The notes below the pieces were generated by a model. It made no database searches, was not told the DNA's origin, and was given only the letters and a program-made list of their open reading frames with translations. Shown piece by piece: positions 57,801 to 64,000 of a stretch of DNA of 64,000 nucleotides. Made by a program: the position numbers and the translations under genes. The stretch is from contig JAQBVJ010000018.1 of assembly GCA_027623235.1 (NCBI GenBank), positions 9,540 to 73,539 of the forward strand. Direction: 5' to 3'. The DNA is from Planctomycetota bacterium. Lineage in GTDB: Bacteria; Planctomycetota; Planctomycetia; Planctomycetales; Planctomycetaceae. Position 1 is the first letter of the stretch, and each line of letters starts with the position of its first letter.

Positions 57801-58419
57801 GCAACTTCACCGAGACATCATGCTGAGCGCGACGTACCAGCAGGCGAGCGATTTCCGTGAGGACGGCAACAAGATCGATCCAGAGAACACGCTTCTATGG
57901 CGGATGAATCGCCGACGACTGGAAGTCGAACCGTGGCGGGACAGCATCCTGGCCGTCAGCGGCGAGCTGGACCGAACGCTGGGCGGTCCGTCGGCGAACC
58001 TCGATAACGCCGGTTTCAAACGCCGCACCGTTTACGGATTCGTCAGTCGCCATCGGCTCGACGAGCTGCTGCGGCTGTTCGATTTTCCGGACCCGAACAT
58101 CACCGCCGCCGACCGCTCGGTCACGACCGTGCCTCTGCAACAGCTTTTCGTATTGAACAGTGACTTCATGACGCAGCGGGCCCGAGCCCTCACAAACCGC
58201 GTCAGTACAACGGGTGACGGGGCAGCGGGGCTGGCCGATGACGAATCGAAAGTCCGATACGCTTATGAGTTACTCTTCGGCCGCGAGGCGCGTGACGATG
58301 AAGTCGAGCTGGCAACGCTGTTTCTGCAGAGCGGAGTTGACGACGGCGACAAACTGTCTCGCTGGGAGCAACTGGCGCTGGCTTTGCTGAGTTCGAATGA
58401 GTTTCTGTTTGTTGATTAA
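54814..58419 (+). CDS. PSCyt/DUF1549/DUF1553 (PSD1) protein with inserted NPCBM-like beta-sandwich domain
   Basis: Signal peptide from ATG 54814. [40 protein letters not shown]. Insert with GIGMHANALITFD...DHAVFSGARLE. C-terminal SSNEFLFVD. Confidence 0.85.
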   Translation: MLRNWVSVVALAVGLCAVGDVSFAADDPAQVEFFEKKIRPVLVEHCDKCHSGKAASLKGGLRVDFREGLMKGGESGPAVVVGKPDESLLILALKYDGFEMPPKGKLPDSVIKDFETWVKNGAVDPRETPATVSKERTINFEEAAKFWAFQAPQKHAAPAVKDDSLIKSDLDRFVQARLEAKELSLSPAADRRTLIRRAYLDLIGIPPTPEEVNAFLKDESPDAFATVVNTLLDSPHYGERWGRRWLDVARYGEDQAHTFKARNYPLGYLYRDWVIRSFNEDLPYDRFLTWQIAGDLLDEPNRHERLAALGMFALGPVYYAENVEKDRAAADEWDDRIDTLTRGVLGLTVSCARCHDHKFDPITTQDYYGLAGIFSSTNYQERPAVSDEVVASRRSADEAVKQKQLEIDRFLLTESRGVRPTLIREIPDYFVAGWKMLHRRKSEKNEKKLLEQLSKETKLSQTLIKRWFEFLKPGSRRSESETAALAEWLKLAAAEDDKKDLSKDEAAAATVRTLGEEFQKLANEKSPRHKELFARFGDNVAFANAADLTDVRAGVIPLGNLFDDSASVSLDAAVKTDKFSAVANADRLGVDRVAQGWGTRTKIAPDVDFDFRKLGSSSHSYGSIVNDGWQAGGAIRTQGSSFSSGKRVEQGIGMHANALITFDIDEIRKAGLLPSDQSFKFKVDRAGINDDTLGSNGSSHVAVLVTRPHKDKAVSDAVLAAFVNGKPVEVDVDDFTYYFSGDPGEPIRADGKFVSFDIPIPPEAKHLTLVTTGASEPDDNPISSDHAVFSGARLELDPLPEEKLAAKDDAGEPVDEEQLNRDQADAIFLSRLFYDEGLLALPANEAEGKLADEQKAVLAELKSKHGELNKAAGQINILMAHSLNEGNGADLPIYLQGNPAKKGDVAPRAMPAIFTSGEKSAFAPKGSGRLELAKSIASPGNPLTARVIVNRVWAGHFGVGLVKTTSNFGKLGDRPTHPQLLDWLAVRFVEQGWSLKQLHRDIMLSATYQQASDFREDGNKIDPENTLLWRMNRRRLEVEPWRDSILAVSGELDRTLGGPSANLDNAGFKRRTVYGFVSRHRLDELLRLFDFPDPNITAADRSVTTVPLQQLFVLNSDFMTQRARALTNRVSTTGDGAAGLADDESKVRYAYELLFGREARDDEVELATLFLQSGVDDGDKLSRWEQLALALLSSNEFLFVD

Positions 58420-58474
58420 GACCGGTGGCGCGGTCACTGCCGACAGCGCACTCTGAAATAGCCGAGGAAAACTG

Positions 58475-59830
58475 ATGAATAACTTTGGTGTGACTCGTCG
58501 TGAGATGCTGGCTCGTTCCGGGGCCGGGTTCGGGATGCTTGGTCTGTCGAGCGTGATGGCTCAGGAATCGGCAACCGATCTCTCGGCGAATCCGATGAGC
58601 CCGAAGCAGCCTCACTTCGAGCCGAAAGCGAAGCACGTTATCTTCCTCTTTATGAACGGAGGACCGTCTCATGTGGACACCTTCGATCCAAAACCCGAGC
58701 TGAAAACGCAGGAAGGGAAACCGGGACCAGGCGGCAAGTACATGCCGTCTCCGTTCAAGTTTGCAAAGCACGGCGAGGCCGGCATCGACATGAGCGAGCT
58801 GTTCCCGCACCTGGGCAAGGTCGCGGACGAGCTGTGCATTCTGCGGTCGATGCACACGTCGACACCGAATCATGAGCCCGGGCTGCTCATGATGAACAGC
58901 GGCAACCAGCAGCCGATCCGACCGTGTCTGGGTTCGTGGCTGACGTACGGGCTCGGCAGCGAGAACCAGAATCTGCCGGGCTTCGTCGTGCTCTGTCCTG
59001 GCAAGCCGGTCGTCGGGCCGGCGCTGTGGGGCAACAGTTTTCTGCCCGGCATTTTCCAGGGCACTCACATCAACAACTCGAAGATCGATCCGCAGAACGT
59101 GATCGGCCACATCCGGAATAAGAACCTGTCATCGGGCTCGCAGCGGCAACTTCTCGACCTGCTGCAGAACCTGAATCAGAAGCACCTCGAAGCACGCGCT
59201 CAGGACCAGAATCTGGAGGCCCGGATTCAATCACTTGAGATTGCTTACCGGATGCAAACCGCCGCGACGGAGGCCTTCGACATCAGCAGAGAGACGAAAG
59301 AAACGCAGGGAGCGTACGGCGACGGTGAGTTCGCCAACGGTTGCCTCATCGCGCGGCGACTGGTCGAGCGAGGCGTGCGGATGGTTCAGCTCTACTACGG
59401 CAGCGGCCAGCCCTGGGACGCTCACGGCGACATCATGGACCACAAACGGGACGCCGGCAAAAGCGACCAGCCGATCGCGGCCCTCATCGCGGATCTCAAA
59501 GCGCGAGGCTTGCTGAAAGACACGCTCATCATCTGGGGCGGTGAGTTTGGCCGGACCCCGACGGCCCAGGGCTCGAAAGGCCGCAACCATCACAACACCG
59601 GCTTCACCACCTGGCTGGCCGGTGGAGGCACGAAGGGCGGACACATCCACGGCGCGACGGATGAGCTGGGAGTGAACGCGGTCGAGAAACGCATGCACGT
59701 CCACGACCTGCACGCGACGATCCTGCACCTGCTCGGCATGGACCACAAGAAATTGACCTACCGCTACAGCGGCCGCGACTTCCGTCTGACCGACGTCCAC
59801 GGCGAGGTCAACCACGAGATCATCACGTAG
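58475..59830 (+). CDS. DUF1501 protein with Tat signal (second copy)
   Basis: MNNFGVTRREMLARSGAGFGMLGL, FMNGGPSHVDTFDPK, WDAHGD, GRNHHNTGFTTWLAGGGTKGG. Confidence 0.85.
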   Translation: MNNFGVTRREMLARSGAGFGMLGLSSVMAQESATDLSANPMSPKQPHFEPKAKHVIFLFMNGGPSHVDTFDPKPELKTQEGKPGPGGKYMPSPFKFAKHGEAGIDMSELFPHLGKVADELCILRSMHTSTPNHEPGLLMMNSGNQQPIRPCLGSWLTYGLGSENQNLPGFVVLCPGKPVVGPALWGNSFLPGIFQGTHINNSKIDPQNVIGHIRNKNLSSGSQRQLLDLLQNLNQKHLEARAQDQNLEARIQSLEIAYRMQTAATEAFDISRETKETQGAYGDGEFANGCLIARRLVERGVRMVQLYYGSGQPWDAHGDIMDHKRDAGKSDQPIAALIADLKARGLLKDTLIIWGGEFGRTPTAQGSKGRNHHNTGFTTWLAGGGTKGGHIHGATDELGVNAVEKRMHVHDLHATILHLLGMDHKKLTYRYSGRDFRLTDVHGEVNHEIIT

Positions 59831-59891
59831 CCAGCCGATTTCCTCGACCGGGAATGGCTCCCCGACGGTTTCGAAGCTCAGGGTAACAGGT

Positions 59892-61202
59892 TCATTCCGT
59901 TCCCCACTCCGCGGCACGCTGACCGACCATGATGGGGTTCCGCTGGCAAAGTGGCTTGTCGAACTGAATCTGCACGACGCCGGTGTATCGCTCATCAAAC
60001 GACGCTTCGCAGTAGCTCAGGTAATAATTCCACATCCGTATGAAACGGTCGGAATAGCCCAGCTCTTTGACTTCGTCCTGTCGCGCGTGAAATCGCTGTC
60101 GCCACTCACGCAGTGTCTGGGCGTAGTGTGTCCCAAAGTCCTCTGCATGGACGAACCGCAGGTCGGTGGCGCGAGCGGTCGATTCCAGCATCGCGCTCAT
60201 GGAGGGCAGGCAGCCACCGGGAAAAACGTATCGCTGAATGAAATCGACGGAACGCAGATACCGCGAGTACCTCCGATCGGGCATCACAATCCCCTGCAGC
60301 ACAAACGTGCCGTCCGGTTTGAGCAATTCGCTGCATTTGCGGAAGTAGGTGTCAAAGTAGCGATATCCGACCGCCTCAATCATTTCGATGGAAACCAGTT
60401 TGTCGAATTGTCCCGTCAGATCGCGATAGTCCTGCAATAACAACGTCACGCGATCCGACACCCCGGCCTCGGCGATCCGCTGCCGAGCAACATCGAACTG
60501 TTGCTGCGAGATCGTGGTCGTCGTGACTCGGCAGCCGAACTGCGTGGCCGCGTGAATGGCCAGTCCTCCCCAGCCAGTGCCGATCTCCAGCAGGTGGTCG
60601 CTCGGCTGCAGATCGAGCTTGCGGCAGATGCGATCCATCTTTTCCTGCGACGCTTCGCTCAAACTGCTGGACGGAGTGGGAAAAATCCCGCTCGAATAAG
60701 CCAGTGTGTCGTCGAGCATCAGCCGGAAAAACTCGTTGCCCAGATCGTAGTGAGCATGGATGTTTCGACGGCTGCCCGATTTGCTGTTCGCGTGCCAGCG
60801 GTGATATACCCGATTCACAAGCTTCGCAATCGGAGACAGACCTCGATTGAGCTGATCCGACGTGTCGAGGTTCCGTACGAAGATCCGAAAGAGCGACGTC
60901 AGGTCGTCACAGTCCCAATCGCCACGTAAATACGACTCGGCCACGGACAAGTTGCCGCCCATTGCCGCGTGTCGGAAAAACGCCGAGTTGTGAACGTGCA
61001 GGTTCGCCCGCAAGTCACCACCACGACCGACCGTCGTTGAACCGCACGAATCGGTCAGCTGGATGCTCCCGCCGCGCAACTCCTGCAGCTTCAGTAGAAG
61101 CCGTTGCCGAGCGAACCGATTGACGGGACCAATCTTCGCTGGCGGGAGCGAGCCATCTTGATTGACGGGTATTCGCGAGGATTGAACGAATTCAGAACTC
61201 AT
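59892..61202 (-). CDS. cfa: Cyclopropane-fatty-acyl-phospholipid synthase
   Basis: SAM-MT motif LLEIGTGWGGLAIHAA, plus typical Cfa N- and C-terminal regions (AHYDLGNEFF, YLSYCEASF). Confidence 0.9.
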   Translation of the reverse strand: MSSEFVQSSRIPVNQDGSLPPAKIGPVNRFARQRLLLKLQELRGGSIQLTDSCGSTTVGRGGDLRANLHVHNSAFFRHAAMGGNLSVAESYLRGDWDCDDLTSLFRIFVRNLDTSDQLNRGLSPIAKLVNRVYHRWHANSKSGSRRNIHAHYDLGNEFFRLMLDDTLAYSSGIFPTPSSSLSEASQEKMDRICRKLDLQPSDHLLEIGTGWGGLAIHAATQFGCRVTTTTISQQQFDVARQRIAEAGVSDRVTLLLQDYRDLTGQFDKLVSIEMIEAVGYRYFDTYFRKCSELLKPDGTFVLQGIVMPDRRYSRYLRSVDFIQRYVFPGGCLPSMSAMLESTARATDLRFVHAEDFGTHYAQTLREWRQRFHARQDEVKELGYSDRFIRMWNYYLSYCEASFDERYTGVVQIQFDKPLCQRNPIMVGQRAAEWGTE

Positions 61203-61232
61203 GGCGTTGTGCTTCGAGGGTAAAAGTTGAAG

Positions 61233-62075
61233 TTACGGAAGTTTGGCAACGGCACGCCCAGGATGTGGCACGAAAGGGACCCGCTTCCGCCACAACCGGA
61301 ACGCCTGCCAGTAAATGCCCGCAAGAATCTGCATCGTCATCAGCGGATACCGAAGCAAAACGCGAGCAAGCTGCCAACGGGTGATCGGCCTTCTCGACAT
61401 CGTCAACGAGGCGTCAAACAACGTCGCGTCAGGATTGGTGGTTGTAAAGATCTCGATGGAGATACTCAACCGTTCACGCGGCTCAGAAACCAGCCAGCGA
61501 TACGTCAACTCCATCGGCATGAACGGCGAGACGTGAAACGCTTTCGGGTGCTCGAACTCCCACGCGGCTTGACGCGCCAGCGAGAGATCTCTGGACGAGA
61601 GGCATTCCGCTGCGGCGTCCTGCTCGCTGGCAGGTGACTCGTGCCGGCAAGCGGAAAAATCCAGCACATAGCAATGTTTCTCGTTCCAGGGCGTGTTGTT
61701 GACTTCGGCCACAACCGCCTCGATACGCTCCCCGGACTCATCAAAACAGTAATAGAAGCTGACGGGATTCATTTCGAATCCGAAGTAACGGAAGCTCGTC
61801 AATAAGCCAACGGGTCCGGCCGGACGATGGCCGGTTCGCTGCTCGACCAGCTCGCGCACGCAGTCCGCCAGTGGACGAGCCGCATCGCCGAGATAGTCGG
61901 CTCGGCGAAACCTCGCCAGCGCAGGCCAGCGCGTGGACCAGCAGCCGCGCCGACCAAACAACGAATCCATTTCGGCGAGATCGACGTAAACGAGGAACAG
62001 CCGGTACGCGAACGAATGCTCGATCGGCGTGAAGCGGCAATGAATAACAGTTCCTTCGTAGAGGCAGCTTCTCAT
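61233..62075 (-). CDS. DUF1365 family protein
   Basis: [33 protein letters not shown]. The usual partner of cfa and the FAD oxidoreductase. Its start overlaps the upstream stop (ATGA). Confidence 0.85.
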   Translation of the reverse strand: MRSCLYEGTVIHCRFTPIEHSFAYRLFLVYVDLAEMDSLFGRRGCWSTRWPALARFRRADYLGDAARPLADCVRELVEQRTGHRPAGPVGLLTSFRYFGFEMNPVSFYYCFDESGERIEAVVAEVNNTPWNEKHCYVLDFSACRHESPASEQDAAAECLSSRDLSLARQAAWEFEHPKAFHVSPFMPMELTYRWLVSEPRERLSISIEIFTTTNPDATLFDASLTMSRRPITRWQLARVLLRYPLMTMQILAGIYWQAFRLWRKRVPFVPHPGRAVAKLP

Positions 62076-63361
62076 GAGTCCGCCTCCATTGGCAGCAACG
62101 CTTCGCAGACCCGCAGCGCGCTCACAACGCCGTCTTCATGAAAACCGTTGCCCCAATACGCGCCGCAGAACGAGGTCCTGTTGACGTTGATCAACTCACG
62201 ATGCCGAGCTTGCGCGGCCGCGCGACGAACGGTGAAGATCGGATGCTGATACTCGAATCGCCGCAGCACTTTTGCCGGATCAATCATTTCGTCGCTGTTA
62301 AGAGTGACGTTGAAGTCATGCTGTGACCGCAGATTCTGCAGCAGATTCATCTGGTACGTCACCGTTGCCGCCGGCCCGGACTCGCCCGGTGAGGGGCCTG
62401 ACCTCGAGGACCTGCCGGCAAGATGATAATTCCAGCTCGCCCATGCTCGTCGCCGCCTCGGCAAGACGCTGCGATCGGTGTGCAACACAGCGATATTTCG
62501 CTCGTAGGGAAACTCGGACAGTACGTCACGTTCGGCCGCCGTCGGGTCGGTCAGCATTCGCAACGCTTGATCGCTGTGGCAGGCAAAGATGACGTGGTCG
62601 AACGACTCCGGCAAACCGTTTCGTGGAATGACGGTTACCTCTTTCGCCGATCGCCGAACTTGTTCAATGGCCGTGCTGAGCCGTATTCGATCCGGAAATC
62701 GCTCGGTCATCTTCGCGACATAATTTCGCGAGCCACCTTCGATCACTCGCCACGTTGGTCGGTTCCGAATGCTGAGCAATCCGTGATTCCTGTAGAACTC
62801 GATGATGAAGCGGATCGGAAAGTTCTCAAACGTCCCGATCGGACATGACCAGATCGCTGCTCCCATCGGCAACAGGTAATGCTCTGCGAATTCTCGCGAG
62901 TAACGATGCCGGGCGAGAAATTCGCGAACGGTTGTCTCATCGGACTCGGGACGGCTCAGCGCCAGGCCGGGAGCCTCTCGATTGAACCGCACGATGTCGG
63001 CCAGCATCCGGTAAAAGCTCGGCCGAAGCAGATTCCGCCGCTGAGCAAACAACCCGTTCAACGACGAGCCGTTGTACTCCAGATTCGCGGCATCGCACCG
63101 CACGCTGAAGCTCATCGACGTCGGCTGTGAGCGGACGCCGAGTTCTTCCACGAGCTTGATGAAATTCGGATACGTTCGATCGTTGAAGACGATGAACCCG
63201 GTGTCGATGGCCTGTCGCTCGCCGTCCAGTTCGACATCGACCGTATTCGTATGACCGCCCGGGTAATCGTTAGCTTCGAACAGAGTGATTTCATGCGTGA
63301 GACTCAGCCGGTACGCCGCCGTCAGCCCGGAGATTCCGGCTCCGATAATCGCGATCTTCAT
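62072..63361 (-). CDS. NAD(P)/FAD-dependent oxidoreductase (amine-oxidase-like)
   Basis: Rossmann start [19 protein letters not shown], placed at 63361 by ORF arithmetic. The longer ORF call to 63565 runs through a REP palindrome and is rejected. Confidence 0.85.
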   Translation of the reverse strand: MKIAIIGAGISGLTAAYRLSLTHEITLFEANDYPGGHTNTVDVELDGERQAIDTGFIVFNDRTYPNFIKLVEELGVRSQPTSMSFSVRCDAANLEYNGSSLNGLFAQRRNLLRPSFYRMLADIVRFNREAPGLALSRPESDETTVREFLARHRYSREFAEHYLLPMGAAIWSCPIGTFENFPIRFIIEFYRNHGLLSIRNRPTWRVIEGGSRNYVAKMTERFPDRIRLSTAIEQVRRSAKEVTVIPRNGLPESFDHVIFACHSDQALRMLTDPTAAERDVLSEFPYERNIAVLHTDRSVLPRRRRAWASWNYHLAGRSSRSGPSPGESGPAATVTYQMNLLQNLRSQHDFNVTLNSDEMIDPAKVLRRFEYQHPIFTVRRAAAQARHRELINVNRTSFCGAYWGNGFHEDGVVSALRVCEALLPMEADS

Positions 63362-63450
63362 GACGATGTCGTCCTTTACTCGTCGCATCCGACCAGCGAT
63401 AAGAGCAGCATCACGGTTGGCTCGCTGCGAGGCTGTGAATTGATCGTGGC

Positions 63451-63498
63451 GTAAGCTTCCAGCTTGCGATCTTCGGACTCGGCAAGCTGGAAGCTTAC
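63451..63498. repeat. REP-like perfect palindrome, same family as 27052-27107
   Basis: GTAAGCTTCCAGCTTGC (63451-63467), a 14-nt loop, then GCAAGCTGGAAGCTTAC (63482-63498). Confidence 0.9.
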
Positions 63499-63687
63499 CC
63501 CACTTTCGCTCCACGAAACGCCTCGATGTCGAGCGACCATAGCTCCTTGCCGGATCCCAGTTCAACGCTGGCCGACTTGACAGTCCCCTGGGGGATCAGG
63601 CCGGCCGCCCAGGAAGCGGTCCTCTCAAACAGAGACACGCCGAAGGGAAGGCTCTGTTGCCTGGTGACGGCAATTCGCGAGCGGCAA

Positions 63688-64000
63688 TTACGGGCCGGCC
63701 GGCGGAGTATGTCCGACCCCTGCCGCTTCATGCTGAAGCAACTGGATCTTGTGCGGCTTGTCTGTCTGCTCGAGGTGCTCCAGCAGGATGCGTCTCAATT
63801 CGAGGATGGCCAGCGGATGCCGGTGAGCGGTTGTGTGTGTCGCCTCGATCATGACCTGCGAGTCGAAGTCGTCGCGCTTTGCACTGGCGATCTCGACGAG
63901 CCCGTCGCCGTCGTAGCCGAGCGCGTCTTTTTGTGGCTGGACTGCGAAGATGTTGTGGTAAGCGACTCGGCGCGAGTTCGGTGTCTCGGCCAGCACCGGG
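63688..64000 (-). CDS. Hypothetical protein, C-terminal part only (N-terminus beyond the window)
   Basis: ORF 63688..63996 with the frame open to the window edge. No family recognised. Confidence 0.4.
   Translation of the reverse strand, partial: PVLAETPNSRRVAYHNIFAVQPQKDALGYDGDGLVEIASAKRDDFDSQVMIEATHTTAHRHPLAILELRRILLEHLEQTDKPHKIQLLQHEAAGVGHTPPAGP

Overview
This is a high-GC chromosomal segment that looks planctomycetal. Supporting signs are two PSCyt/DUF1549/DUF1553 + DUF1501 gene pairs, an ECF sigma factor with a zf-HC2/WD40 partner, an exosortase/EpsI/PrsT-like locus with a PEP-CTERM substrate, and many Tat and lipoprotein signals. I can support about 45 protein genes. They include dnaA, efp with divergent epmB, miaB, sppA, a NUDIX hydrolase, a secretin-like giant protein, a FadB/FadJ-type enzyme, amt, a Ser/Thr kinase, a SWIM-SNF2 helicase and an oxidoreductase-DUF1365-cfa operon. 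I found no rRNA, tRNA, CRISPR array, transposase, integrase or prophage. The items most worth a second look are listed here. (1) A perfectly phased 15 x 21-bp tandem array at 52791-53105 whose substitution pattern fits only one reading frame, a 127-aa heptad-repeat ORF. (2) Seven perfect 15-bp repeats (MDPGA)n inside or just upstream of the dnaA start. (3) Three in-frame TGA codons that break otherwise continuous reading frames, one exactly at a conserved Trp of the ECF sigma factor. (4) A promoter-like element plus a strong intrinsic terminator with no ORF between them at 22366-22529, a candidate small RNA or leader. (5) The exosortase operon with an AsnB-like ligase lacking the N-terminal Cys. 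(6) Several families of long REP-like palindromes in intergenic DNA. All coordinates were derived by hand from the ORF track and the printed sequence. Start codons are often uncertain by tens of nucleotides, and no database search was possible.
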